From Elusimicrobiota bacterium (GTDB taxonomy: Bacteria > Elusimicrobiota > Elusimicrobia > UBA1565), in NCBI GenBank assembly GCA_043819795.1, contig JBDREN010000151.1, positions 1-47,749 on the forward strand: a stretch of DNA of 47,749 nucleotides, written 5' to 3'. The notes under the pieces were generated by a model. The model saw nothing but the letters and a program-made list of their open reading frames with translations, searched no databases and had not been told where the DNA came from. The translations under genes were made by a program, and so were the position numbers. This document shows, piece by piece, positions 9,006 to 19,100 of the stretch. Numbering within the stretch: the first letter of the stretch is position 1; each line of letters opens with the position of its first letter.

Positions 9006-9383
9006 TCAGATTATACGTTTTCGCCCCGGCCGCCTCAATGGCCGGCGCTCGAGTTTGTCCATCCACTTGTCGATGGCCGACACCTTGAACCGGATGGTCC
9101 GCCTCCGGCCGTCGCCCAAGGGCACCACGATGTAGGGGATGGCTTCCCGCCGCACCAGCCTCCTGATGCTGGCCGGCGAGATCTTGACGTACTCCGCGAG
9201 CTCGCCCTCGGTCAGATACCCGGACTTGGGCCAATCCCGTTCCGCCCCCGTGCTTGCCTTGGGGGAGGCGCACGGGGGCGGCACAAACCCGGCCTGCCCC
9301 AGGGCCAGGAAATCCACGAGCCGCTCCCCCCTCTGCTCGGGGGTCAAGCCATCCGGACCCGTCAGACCAATGTGCTCGGTCAA
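9006..9383 (-). CDS. Excisionase-like HTH_17 DNA-binding protein
   Basis: YLTEGELAEYVKISPASIRRLV...IP...IRF...IDKWM; TTG start at 9383 behind AAGGAGG, overlapping the upstream stop. Confidence 0.8.
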   Translation of the reverse strand: MTEHIGLTGPDGLTPEQRGERLVDFLALGQAGFVPPPCASPKASTGAERDWPKSGYLTEGELAEYVKISPASIRRLVRREAIPYIVVPLGDGRRRTIRFKVSAIDKWMDKLERRPLRRPGRKRII

Positions 9384-10312
9384 GGCTGCACCTCCTTCCA
9401 CTGGTTTGTCGCTTCGTCGTAGATTCTGTGGACCACGCGGCCGTCATCTCCGACCACAGTATGCACATCCGACCAGTCAAACGGAGGAGGCTCCGGCTTC
9501 CGGGGCTTGGGCAGGGTCTGCTCCAGCATGTCCAGCCGGATTCTGGCTTGCCTGCAGTTCTCGAAGTCATGCATTCCGAGAGACTCTCGGAACCGGCCCA
9601 GATCGCAGGCGTAGATCCAATGCCTTCGCCACTGTTCGGCCAGCCGGAGGATGAAACGCACGCCCCCGGGCCATGCTGTGAGGTAGAGGGCCACTCGGTC
9701 GCGAGGTCGGCTGGCCATCCTGTCCCAGATCAGCTCGTAGCGCCGCTCGGATTTCTGGGAGAGTTCCACCTCCAGCGCCACCAACCGGTCGCCGATCCAG
9801 ACAACCAGGTCCGGACAAACGTACTTGGTCGGGTCGGGAGAGCGGCCCTTCCAGGAGTTGCGGCGGAGCCGCTCGTTCTCGCTCTGGACAGGCAGGCCGA
9901 AGCTCTTCTGCATCATGAGCCCCACCCCGGAGAGCAGGATCTCATGGCGCACCAGCTCCGGGGAAATGCTGCGCCGGAAGCCCGGGAGCCGGGCATGCCC
10001 GGCCTCTTTGAGCCGCTGGTGGCCTCGCTCCGCCAGAGTGAATACCTTGGGGAAGTTCAGGCTGTAGTGAGCCCGCACCAAGCTCGCCCGCTCAAGGTCA
10101 CGCAGCCTCTTGTAGCCCACCTGTCCGTAGAGCCTCCGGTCCGGTTCGTTGAAGAAGAGCCGGGCCTTGCGGGCCTCGTCCACCCATACGGAGAAGCCGA
10201 GCCCGATGATCTGGCCCAGCCCGAGCACGCCCCATTTCTCGAGCCCGGCCAGCACCTGGTAGTCCCGCGGAGCCAGTCTTATGTGTCGCGATCTCAACAA
10301 GGTCACCTCCAA
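9380..10312 (-). CDS. Replication-relaxation (Replic_Relax / MOBC-like) protein
   Basis: RDYQVL, N-terminal wHTH (KRLRDLERASLV..FTLAERG), HEI, and a PD..ExE nuclease motif (PDLVV...ALEVELSQKSERRY); start codon uncertain. Confidence 0.75.
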   Translation of the reverse strand: MEVTLLRSRHIRLAPRDYQVLAGLEKWGVLGLGQIIGLGFSVWVDEARKARLFFNEPDRRLYGQVGYKRLRDLERASLVRAHYSLNFPKVFTLAERGHQRLKEAGHARLPGFRRSISPELVRHEILLSGVGLMMQKSFGLPVQSENERLRRNSWKGRSPDPTKYVCPDLVVWIGDRLVALEVELSQKSERRYELIWDRMASRPRDRVALYLTAWPGGVRFILRLAEQWRRHWIYACDLGRFRESLGMHDFENCRQARIRLDMLEQTLPKPRKPEPPPFDWSDVHTVVGDDGRVVHRIYDEATNQWKEVQP

Positions 10313-10507
10313 GTCTGCTGCGGATACCGGGCGCCTCCGGCCCGGTCCCTGCCTCCCGAGTTTCCCGCCAGCTCATACCCCCTCACTTACTAATCCGGTG
10401 AGCCGGCCAATTCGGTACCACTTTTTCGCCGTTCCGTTGCCGCGATCCGCCGCAAAGAGTTGCCGTTTCCCAAAATTGAAAAATTCAATACCACCCCCTC
10501 ATTTCCC

Positions 10508-10617
10508 CCGATTTCGCCCACCGTCCTCCCGACCCCGTCCCCTCTCAGTTGGTCGTAGAGGGGGCGGGGTCGGGAGGCGAAAGTGGCGCAAGCCACTGGA
10601 GAGGTGGGCGAAATCGG
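10508..10617 (+). other. Large branched inverted-repeat structure upstream of the relaxase; candidate oriT, single-strand origin or structured RNA
   Basis: 15-bp perfect outer stem (10508-10522/10603-10617), 21-bp stem with one T-G (10525-10545/10557-10577), AGTGGC-GCAA-GCCACT hairpin. Confidence 0.6.
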
Positions 10618-10789
10618 CAGCCGTTCCAAACGGATATATATACACCACTCATCGCCAGGCCCCTCGGACGTGCCGGAAGACTTGTCCGACGGCCGGTAGT
10701 CCGCGTTTCGTCCGCAAATCCCGCCGCAGAATCCCTCTCGACCGCTCACCTTCCATGTGCTCCCGCCTCCGTTCGTCATCGCCGAATCA

Positions 10790-11294
10790 CCCGCGCCCCC
10801 GCGTTCCCTCCGCGCCGGTCTCCACCCCGGAAGACCCAAGCCCCTCTACTCTATCATGCGTTTGAGCAGGCCATTTTCCTACGCTCCCGACGTTCCAGAG
10901 AAAAGAACTGACCACTCTCTCAGATTGCACCCCCTCATTTCCTATTCCAATGGGACAGGGTGTTTCGTTGCCGCATCGGCGAGGATCTTGAAAAGAACTG
11001 ACCACTCGTCTTCCGCCCATGCGCACGTTCCCTCCACGTCGCCTGTAGCTCCGCGAGACCCAGGCCCCGCTACTCTATCATGCGTTTGAGCAGGCCATTT
11101 CGTTACGTTCTCCCCCCAAGAATTTCGCGCCGGTCCCCTCCAGTAATACAATCGAGCAGGCCTGTTCCCTACGCTCCCGACGTGCCCCAAGAAAGAACTG
11201 ACCACCAGCTCAGAGTGCCCCGGCATTTCCTATTCCGGCGAGACGGGGTCTTTCGTTGCCGCGTCGGGGAGGATGCCAAAAAGAACTGACCACT
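10790..11294. repeat. Degenerate direct-repeat region with four AAAGAACTGACCAC boxes
   Basis: Boxes at about 10901, 10991, 11191 and 11279; CTACTCTATCATGCGTTTGAGCAGGCCATTT at 10846 and 11070; CCTACGCTCCCGACGT twice. Confidence 0.85.
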
Positions 11295-11326
11295 GCCGCT
11301 GAAGGATTTGCTAGGCTTGAATCCGC

Positions 11327-11632
11327 ATGCCGATGCAGCCATCTGTGACCGTCAGGTTGGACCCGGAGACCGAAAGAATCCTGCGCCTCTGGCGCAAGGA
11401 GTACCCGGAGCGGCGGGGCCTCCGGGCCGAGATCGTGCTCCGGGCGGCGGCCGGCCACGCCAATCTCCAGATCGCCCAGGACCTTAGTGTGAGCCGGAAC
11501 ACGGTCAAACTCTGGCGCTCCCGCTTCGCGAAGGAAGGACTGGCGGGCCTTAAGCCCCGCCGAATCCCCGGGCGCCCCAAGAAGGCGAATGCCCTGCCGC
11601 AAGAGAGCCAGCGGCGTCACCGTTTCAGATAG
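11327..11632 (+). CDS. Small winged-HTH protein resembling the IS630 transposase N-terminal HTH, without a DDE domain
   Basis: RAEIVLRAAAG..IAQDLSVSRNTVKLWRSRFAKEGLAGL..GRPKK. Confidence 0.65.
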   Translation: MPMQPSVTVRLDPETERILRLWRKEYPERRGLRAEIVLRAAAGHANLQIAQDLSVSRNTVKLWRSRFAKEGLAGLKPRRIPGRPKKANALPQESQRRHRFR

Positions 11633-11811
11633 CCGGAAGCAACTACCCTAAGGTCGGGTCAGTCAGTGCGTGCGGCGGCGCGCGGGTTCGCGCTGCGGGA
11701 TGGAGGCGTCCATCCGGCGGGACATCCGGGACAGGGGTTCCAGCTCATGGCGTGAGCCAGGCGGAAAGGACGGCCGGCTTCCCAGGCTGAAAGGCCGAGC
11801 CGTCGTGGGGC

Positions 11812-12198
11812 TCAGGCAGGATGGTGGAGGCCGCTTCTTCCGCTCCTAGGGCGGTTGTAGGTCTCCAGCAGCCGCGGGACGTCGCTTTCATCGACAAAGA
11901 GGACGACCGCGCGCTTTCCCACCGCGCGGGCCAGGCGGTCTATCTTGTCCGCTGTCATGTTCCTCTTCCCGTTCATGACGCGCGAGACTTCCCCCTGCGA
12001 CAGGTCCGCGCGTTTCGCGATCCCCGGCTGCGTGAGGCCCGCCTCCTCGGCCGCCCACCGCAGGCTCAGAGCGACCAGCTTGCGCAACACGGCGACCCGA
12101 TGCCGGGCCAGGAAGCTCTTATCCTTCTTTGCCTCCGCGGCGATGACATCGCCAAGCGTCAGCCTATTTCTTGCGCCTCTTCCTCTCTTCTTCTCCAT
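11812..12198 (-). CDS. XRE-family HTH antitoxin (HigA-like)
   Basis: GLTQPGIAKRADLSQGEVSRVMNG; overlaps the upstream RelE-like gene. Confidence 0.8.
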   Translation of the reverse strand: MEKKRGRGARNRLTLGDVIAAEAKKDKSFLARHRVAVLRKLVALSLRWAAEEAGLTQPGIAKRADLSQGEVSRVMNGKRNMTADKIDRLARAVGKRAVVLFVDESDVPRLLETYNRPRSGRSGLHHPA

Positions 12199-12556
12199 TT
12201 CGTGGTCCCCCGAACCGGCCGATCCAGCTGGCCAGGTTCTTGATCGCTTTAGCGATTTCCTCGTTCGGGACTCGCTGAGTCTTCTTCACGATAATATGCG
12301 ACACGATAATCATCCGGCCTTTCCAGAAGAAATAGAGCGTCCGGTACTGGATCTCATCCTTTGTGCTCCGAAGCTCAAAGATCTTGTCCCGCAGCGGCGC
12401 CGACAGCGGCCGCCGCGCCAGATTCCCGAAAAGCTGAAGGACATTGAGATCCCTGAGAATCTCTTCCCGGTGCGGCTTGGCCAAGGCGTCCAAGGACTCT
12501 TTGGCCGGGAATCTCCCACCCTCTGTCGAAAAGAATTCTACGGTCCAAGACGCCAC
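12164..12556 (-). CDS. Type II toxin, RelE/HigB (Gp49-like) family
   Basis: WTVEFF...PLRDKIFELR...YRTLYFF...IIVSHIIVKKTQRVP.EEI; GTG 12556 follows GGAG (alternative start 12568). Confidence 0.87.
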   Translation of the reverse strand: MASWTVEFFSTEGGRFPAKESLDALAKPHREEILRDLNVLQLFGNLARRPLSAPLRDKIFELRSTKDEIQYRTLYFFWKGRMIIVSHIIVKKTQRVPNEEIAKAIKNLASWIGRFGGPRNGEEERKRRKK

Positions 12557-12573
12557 TTCTTGCTCCACATGGG

Positions 12574-12614
12574 TATGCTATATATAGCATATGCTATATA
12601 TTACATCTTGTCAA
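12574..12614 (-). promoter_or_regulatory. Sigma70 promoter with palindromic operator for the HigBA-like operon
   Basis: TTGACA(12614-12609)-17-TATGCT(12591-12586); overlapping perfect palindromes at 12574-12591 and 12581-12600. Confidence 0.8.
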
Positions 12615-12869
12615 GACCCTGCAACCCCCTTGGCCTCCCGCTCTTTAGCCGGCCACGTCGGACTGCCCCCCTGCCCGCCTTTTTACCTGCAATGCCGGCA
12701 GTGGCCGGTCTCCCCATATTGGGAAATATTCCGCAAAAAGGCGTTGCTGAAATGGGAATTATCCCATAAACTAATACCAGAAGACTTCGTCATTGGCAGA
12801 ATAATAATGCGCCATGGACCTATAGTGAGAGACACCGAGCAGAAATGCAGGACGGTGACAGGGGTGGAT

Positions 12870-13196
12870 ATGGCAAAGAGGCGACCACGGGGAGCGCGTT
12901 TCAAGGACTGGCTCAAGGATGAGATGCGCGATCCCGGGTTCAAGCGCGCTTACGATGCGCTCGGCCCCGAAGTCGAGTTCGCCGTGCAGCTGGCCAAGAC
13001 GAGGGAGAAGATGCGGCTGACCCAGAAACAGCTGGCCAAGAAGGCGCGGGTGGACCAGGGCGACATCTCGAAGATCGAGAACGGAAAGCAGAACATCACC
13101 TTGGGCATGATGGTCAAGCTCGCGAGCGCGGTCAACCGGAAGGTGGAGATCCGGCTTGTCCGGGCCGGGGGCCGCGACGCCGACGCATCGGCCTGA
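12870..13196 (+). CDS. Orphan XRE-family HTH protein (HigA-type antitoxin-like)
   Basis: FKDWLKDEMRDPGFKRAYD...LTQKQLAKKARVDQGDISKIENG; start set at MAKRR. Confidence 0.82.
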   Translation: MAKRRPRGARFKDWLKDEMRDPGFKRAYDALGPEVEFAVQLAKTREKMRLTQKQLAKKARVDQGDISKIENGKQNITLGMMVKLASAVNRKVEIRLVRAGGRDADASA

Positions 13197-13198
13197 GA

Positions 13199-14179
13199 CT
13201 ATCTTTCTTCCCCTGGAGGCCCGGACAGCCTCTTGCCCTTGAACTGCTTCACGTTGAGGGCTTTCCATTGAAGCCCGGGGTGCGCGCGTATGCGCTCGGC
13301 CAGGGCCTTGTCCTTGGTGATGAGCGATGGCTCGATCTCCCCCCGGTCCAGGAGCCTGTCCAGGAACTCCATCTCGCTCTTTGTGAAGGGGAGCACGGCC
13401 TTGAGTCCCTTGCGGCATTCGCGCACCAGAACGTCCGCGGACTTCCACCCCTCCGCGCCCTTGCGTAGCAGGGGGATCAGTTGATTCTTGGCCTCGCGCG
13501 GATCGCAGCTCACGTCCTTGGCCGAGACCTCGCGCCAGTCCTTGCGGTCAATCGCGCCGTAGACCACGAAAGCCAGGCGCAGCTTCGCGCGGTCCAGCTT
13601 CTTCTTCGTCAGGAGCTGATGCGCGTCGAATAGGTCGCGGCTGGCGCCCCGAGCCAGCAAGGCGGCCAGCTTCCCCGCCGCGAGCTCGTGCGGGTCGAGA
13701 AGCGCGGCCTTAGCCTTGTGGCCGCCGATGGATTTGGAGCTTCGGAGGGCGACGGGCCACAACGGGACCCGGAAAAGGTAGTTTACGTCCAGCTCCAGGT
13801 TGCCTCCCCCGCCCATGGCGCTCGGGTAGCGCAGGCTCCACTTCCCCCCCGCGTGCTCTTCGGGCGAGCGCCTGACCGCGAAGCCCTCGCGGGAGCAGAC
13901 CGCCTCGACGGCCCGCTCCACCTTGGGTCGGTCCGCCAGCATGGCTTCCCGCCCGGCGGCCCCTACGTAGTTCAGGTCCGCGTCCACGGAAAGGCGCGGG
14001 ACGTCGAACAAGAAGAGATTGAGCGCCGTCCCTCCCTTGAGCGCCAGTTTGCCCTTGAGGAACGGATGCCTGCCCAGGCCCTCCAACAGCCCAAGAAGCA
14101 GGACGGCCTTCTCCAGGACCTCGGGCCTAAAGCCCGATGACGTGGCCTGAGCCAGCAGCCTTTCCTTGGAGACTTTCAT
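13199..14179 (-). CDS. abiEii: Type IV TA toxin, AbiEii nucleotidyltransferase (second copy)
   Basis: VLEK, LKGGTALNLF, RLSVDADLN, GKLAAL..R..SRDLFD; ATGA overlap with the antitoxin stop. Confidence 0.92.
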   Translation of the reverse strand: MKVSKERLLAQATSSGFRPEVLEKAVLLLGLLEGLGRHPFLKGKLALKGGTALNLFLFDVPRLSVDADLNYVGAAGREAMLADRPKVERAVEAVCSREGFAVRRSPEEHAGGKWSLRYPSAMGGGGNLELDVNYLFRVPLWPVALRSSKSIGGHKAKAALLDPHELAAGKLAALLARGASRDLFDAHQLLTKKKLDRAKLRLAFVVYGAIDRKDWREVSAKDVSCDPREAKNQLIPLLRKGAEGWKSADVLVRECRKGLKAVLPFTKSEMEFLDRLLDRGEIEPSLITKDKALAERIRAHPGLQWKALNVKQFKGKRLSGPPGEER

Positions 14180-14979
14180 CCCTCCGCCTCGCCGGGACGC
14201 TTCAGCAACCGCTCCGGCACGACCAGGTTCCACTTGGACGCGAGCTTTCCGGGTTTCCGGCTGCGGTCCAGGTAATGGGGCACGGCGGGCCGATGCTTGA
14301 GAAGCGGCGCGAGATGCTTGTCCTCCAGCAGCAGAGCCTCGCGTTGCCGATCCAAATAGAATCCGACCCTCGCCGCGGTGGTGGCGTTGTCGAGCAGCAG
14401 GGCGTATCGCACCATCTGCTCCACGTCCAGATATTCGACGGACGCCAGGGAGCGCCAGACCTCCTCCCATCCTCCGCCGAGAGCGGGCCGGTCGAGAAGG
14501 TCGACCACGGTCCGCTCCAGGCCGGTCACCCGCAGATCGAGCCCGGCCCTGTCGGTCTTCTCCACGCCGTAGCCCTCTTGTCGCTTGCGGAGCAGGCTCT
14601 TGGGAAAGCGCACGCCCCGGAAGCGGCTGTCGCGGAAGCTCAGCGGACGCGGGGCTCTGCGGCTCAGGCAGAGGAACTCCTCGCGCACGGACGCGGCCTT
14701 CCCGTGCAGCTCCAGGGCCGTGTGGTATGCCAGCACCGCGTCGTCGGCCAGCTTCGCGGCCAGGAGATACGGATCGACCGGGCAGTCCTCCGGGCTCACG
14801 CCCGGAGGCACCGAGGCAAAAAGGCCCCGGCGCAGGCGCAGGAGGCGCCCGGTGCCGACGTGGTAGCTCAGCAGCGCCGCCCGCGTCCTTGCGTTGGTCC
14901 GGTTCTGCCCGGCGAGGAAGTTCGTGAATTCCTCGTAGGTGAACACCGGGCGCTCCGTGAAGAAGACTTCAAGCTTCAT
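14176..14979 (-). CDS. abiEi: Type IV TA antitoxin, AbiEi family (second copy)
   Basis: RLRRGLF, AYHTALELHG, VTGLERTVVDLLDRP..GGWEE, KWNLVVP. Confidence 0.88.
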   Translation of the reverse strand: MKLEVFFTERPVFTYEEFTNFLAGQNRTNARTRAALLSYHVGTGRLLRLRRGLFASVPPGVSPEDCPVDPYLLAAKLADDAVLAYHTALELHGKAASVREEFLCLSRRAPRPLSFRDSRFRGVRFPKSLLRKRQEGYGVEKTDRAGLDLRVTGLERTVVDLLDRPALGGGWEEVWRSLASVEYLDVEQMVRYALLLDNATTAARVGFYLDRQREALLLEDKHLAPLLKHRPAVPHYLDRSRKPGKLASKWNLVVPERLLKRPGEAEG

Positions 14980-15018
14980 AGCTGCGGGATTTGACGTTAT
15001 GCAGCGCTAGACGTAAAT

Positions 15019-15047
15019 AGTTTAAGCTGAATGATAGTATTTGTCAA
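15019..15047 (-). promoter_or_regulatory. Sigma70 promoter of the second AbiE operon
   Basis: TTGACA(15047-15042)-17-TAAACT(15024-15019) in an AT-rich intergenic patch. Confidence 0.7.
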
Positions 15048-15210
15048 GTATAATGTTATAAAATTGACACTGCTCAACGATACACTTAATTAAATCAAGT
15101 ATAACGCAATACGCTGTCAAACAATGGATTGCGGAGGGGTGGGAGACTTGATTGTCGCGATCCTATCGCAAATCGGTTGCGCAGGAGATTAGAGCCCTGA
15201 ACCGGCCGCG

Positions 15211-16137
15211 TTACCACGCTGATTGTTCCCGCGCTTTCCCCCATCGCCAAGTCACACTGAAGCGGTGGGCCGAGCCGAGCTCCCCGAAAGGCTCGAAGGC
15301 GTAGTCCATTCTGTTGTCGCCCAGAAGCCACCCGATGCCGGCGGCGATCCCCGGGCCCGCGTCGTTGCGCGTGCCGTATCCCATGCGGAGCGGCAGTGCC
15401 CCGGCCACGACCGTCTCGACGCCCACGGCCATATTGGGGCTTTGGCTGCGCTCCTTCGTAACGTCCAAGGACAGGGTGTTCCACTGCCCTCCCAGCGCGA
15501 AGCGGTAGGCGGCGCCCATGCGGAGGTTCAGGGGCAGGTTCTCCCTGGCCTGCTGATACGTCACGGTACGCCCCATGTTCTGGACGGACATGCCCAAAGT
15601 TAGCCGCTCGACCGCCGGCACGTCGTAGAGGGCCCCAGCGTCGAAGGCGAGGCCGCCGGCCGAGATCCCGGCGATGGTCTCCCGGATCCATTTCGCCCCG
15701 ATGCCGGCCGACAGCCCGGGCAGCACCGTGCGTCCGTAGCCCAAGCCGACGGCGATATCATTGAGCGTTGCCGTCTCGCCGGTCCCGCCGGGCTGTGAGA
15801 TGGTCGTCCTCGGAACGTCCCCGAACCTGAGGAAATTCAGGTTCGCCCCCCACCCCTGTGCCGAAGCCAGCCCGAAGTATTCTTGCGCGACCCCCTGGAA
15901 GTACTCGTTGTGCATGAAGGTCGTTTCCAGCCGGTCCGTCCTCGCCAGCCCGGCCGGATTGTAAAGGAGCGCGTTGGCGTCCGAGGCCAGGGCCGTATAG
16001 GCGCCCGCCAGGCCCACGGGCCTCGCGTCGGCATCGAGGAACAGGAAATTCAAAGGCTCGGCGCCCGCGCCCCCCCAGCAAGGGCGCGCCAGGAACATCG
16101 CCAAGACGAATAGTTTAACGGTCCTGAAGGCGCTCAT
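15211..16137 (-). CDS. PorV/PorQ-like (UPF0164) outer-membrane beta-barrel
   Basis: FL..DARPVGLAGAYTALASDANALLYNPAGLA N-terminal motif, amphipathic strands, C-terminal DYAFEPFGELGSAHRFS; ATGA-coupled to the upstream giant gene. Confidence 0.88.
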   Translation of the reverse strand: MSAFRTVKLFVLAMFLARPCWGGAGAEPLNFLFLDADARPVGLAGAYTALASDANALLYNPAGLARTDRLETTFMHNEYFQGVAQEYFGLASAQGWGANLNFLRFGDVPRTTISQPGGTGETATLNDIAVGLGYGRTVLPGLSAGIGAKWIRETIAGISAGGLAFDAGALYDVPAVERLTLGMSVQNMGRTVTYQQARENLPLNLRMGAAYRFALGGQWNTLSLDVTKERSQSPNMAVGVETVVAGALPLRMGYGTRNDAGPGIAAGIGWLLGDNRMDYAFEPFGELGSAHRFSVTWRWGKAREQSAW

Positions 16138-19100
16138 CTGATGATCAGTATCTTCTTCACGACGGCCGCGTGTCCGGGGCTCTCGATCACGGCAAAATAG
16201 CCACCGGAGGCCACATGCTGCCCTGTCGTATTCTTTACGTCCCACTGCAGCTTGCCCGACGGATTGTCCGCCCCGAAACGATCCACCAGCTGGCCCGTGA
16301 TGGTGTAGATCTTGACGTTCACCGAAGCCGGTAGATTGTCGAATATGATTCCCGAGTTGGGGTCCGCGGAGCTGTACGGCACGCCGTCGTCCGAGCTTCC
16401 GCTGTTGGGCATGAACGGGTTCGGATAGACGCGGACGGTCATGAGGTCGGCGGCAGCCGCCGGCCCGAACAAAGCGAAGAAGCTGAAATGGGACGTCAGT
16501 CCGGTCACGGTCTTGCCGGCCGCATCGACGCTTGATGAAAGATCTTTCACCCAGGGCCCCGCAATCGTGGCGGCCGAGTACATGTCCAGGTCCGAGACCC
16601 GGATCACCGTTCCGTCAACGATACCGTCGTCGTTTACGTCTGGATAGGTCAAGACAATCGTCGCGGTCTTGCCCCCGCTGAGGGACGTCTGTCCGTTGGA
16701 GAGCGTCACCTCCGTGACCACGTTGGCCGCCTCCATGTCGGCCGGCGCGGGCGGGACGCTCGCGGGTTTGTTGACGACCGTGACGGTGACGGTCGAGGTG
16801 TTCACGGCTCCCGAAGGGATGGTCACCTTCGTGATCTGGGCCGAGTCGTCGTCCGCCGCCTGGACGGTGTTCGTCACCGCGCTGTTGATCTTCTGAGCCT
16901 TCTGGAGCTTCCCGGCGACGACGCTCTCATTGATGTCGAAATCAATGGTGTCGACCGCGATGCTCACCGTCGGAGGGGTCGCGTCGGCGTTGTTCTGGAT
17001 ATCCGCGGCGACGGCGCGGATATCGTGGTTCGCCGCGGAAAGACCGGTGACATCCCAGTGGACATAATACGGGGCGGTCCGGTCCGGATTCGGATTCTCG
17101 GCGCTGGCGGGGACGATATCGGTCCACGCCGACGCGTTGGAGGCCCGGTATTGGAAGCGGATCCGCTTGATCTGCGCCGCGTCCCCCAGGATGACTTCGG
17201 CCGCGACGCTCACGCGGTCTCCGGTCACCTTGCTGCCGGCCGCGGGGGACCTGATCGCGGCGCGGACACCCTGCAACGTGCTCAGAGAGGCGGCGGAGGC
17301 CAGCAAATGCGTGTTCGGATCCTCGACGCCGCACCTGTTGTGGGTCCGCAGCGCGAACCGATAGGCCGCGCTCGAGGGCAGTACGGCGGTCGTGTAGCTC
17401 GTCTCGGTCGAGGTCAACACGGCCAGCGGGGCGGAGTAATCAACGGTCCCGGTCCCGGTGTCGTAATAGAGGCGATACGCGGTGATCCCTTCGGACGGCG
17501 AGGGGGTCCAGCTCAAAGCGATGCGGTTCCCGGCCAAGGACACGGCCTCGAGGTTGCTCGGAGCCAGCGGCGTGGAGCTCTTGGTCTCGAACTGGACTGC
17601 GGAGTCATAAGCCGTCGCGACGGCGTCGCCGTTTATGTTGCGGACCCGGAAATAATAGGTCGTGCACATCCCAAGGCCCGGATCGGTGAAGGCCGTCGCG
17701 ACCCCCGCGAAGACGTTGCCGAAGGCCGCGTTGTCGGTCGACCGCTGCACTTCGGCGGTCGTCCCGGCCGGATTCGAGTTGAGCCCCCAGGTGATCGTCG
17801 CGCTCGTCGTCTGCACGTCGGAAGCGGCGGTGCCTGTCGGCGGATTGGCGTGCGTATATGCGGCCGCGGTGGCGGAGTCCGCGCTGCTGGGCCCGTTGAA
17901 TGCCCGCACGAACAGCGGCCCCGACTGCGTGTTCGTCGAAACGCCCGTCTGCGTCCACGAAGCGGTATCGGCCGGCAGATCCCCTGATAGGCTTGCCGTC
18001 CCCGACATCACGCGGAAACCCTGCTCGTCGTTCGAGTTGTCCGTCCAGGACCAACGTATCGACGCTTCTCCCAGGGCCGCGCCCGCGAAGCCGGAAGGCG
18101 CTGCGGGAGCCGGCGGCACATATAGGCTCTGCTCCGCGGACTCGGCGCTGCGCAAGAGCTCGCCGTCCTCCGCGACCACGGCCCAATAGTACGTCGCGCC
18201 GTTTTGCGCCGCTAGTTTCAGGCCTCTCTGCGAGGCGGACAGGCGGACGCTGTAAAGCGAGGACCCTCCTCCGGAGGCGCCGTCCAAGCCGTAGCGCGGG
18301 GGGATCTTTAGGATGCCGCCCCCGCCGGGACTCGTCCCCAGCCGCACGAAGTAATTGAGCGCGGCGGCCGGGGTTTGCGCGTCGGAGCCGGCATCCCAAC
18401 GCAGGCTCAGAACGCCCGAGCTGGTCGAGCCCGCATACTGCTCGAATGACAAGCCGAAACCCGAGTTGGGCGCGCCGGGGTCGCTGTGCGCGGACAAAAG
18501 GAGGTTCTGCGCGATGACGACGTCCTGGCCGAGCTGGTTCGAGAACGCCAGGTCCAAGTCCCCGTCGTTGTCGTAGTCTCCCCACGAGACGCCGTGCGTG
18601 TCCCCGGTCGAGTCCGCGATGGCGAACTGCGAGAACGCCCCGTTGTTGTTGATCGCGACGGTCTCGTGCTGGCCGACGAAGTTGGCGAACGCCAAGTCCA
18701 GGTCCCCGTCGTTGTCGTAGTCGCCCCAGGCGAGGCCGTGCGAGGCGCTGTCCGCTCCCGGAAGCGCGACCTTCGTGAACGCTCCTCCGCCGTCGTTGCG
18801 CGCGAGGTATTGGCCCCCGTACGAGTTAGCCGCCGCGAAATCCAAGTCCCCGTCGTTGTCGTAGTCGCCCCAGGCGAAGCCGTACGAGGGCCCGCCCGTC
18901 CCCGCCAGCGAGAACCCCGCGAACGTCCCGTTCCCGTCGTTGCGGGCCAGGTAGTCGTCACCCGGACCGGCGAACCCCAGGTCCAGGTCCCCGTCGTTGT
19001 CATAGTCTCCCCAAGCGACGCCCTGCGCAGTTCCATTCACCCCCGGCAGCGTGAATGTGGAAAACGTCCCGTCGCCGTTGTTGCGCGCCAGGGATTCGTA

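Noticed and set aside
10846..11294. Mini-CRISPR from the 31-bp repeat or the four 14-bp boxes
   Set aside because: Spacing is irregular (about 90, 200, 88 bp) and the intervening sequences are themselves homologous
11327..11632. Intact IS630 element
   Set aside because: Only the HTH is present; no DDE domain or terminal inverted repeats were seen
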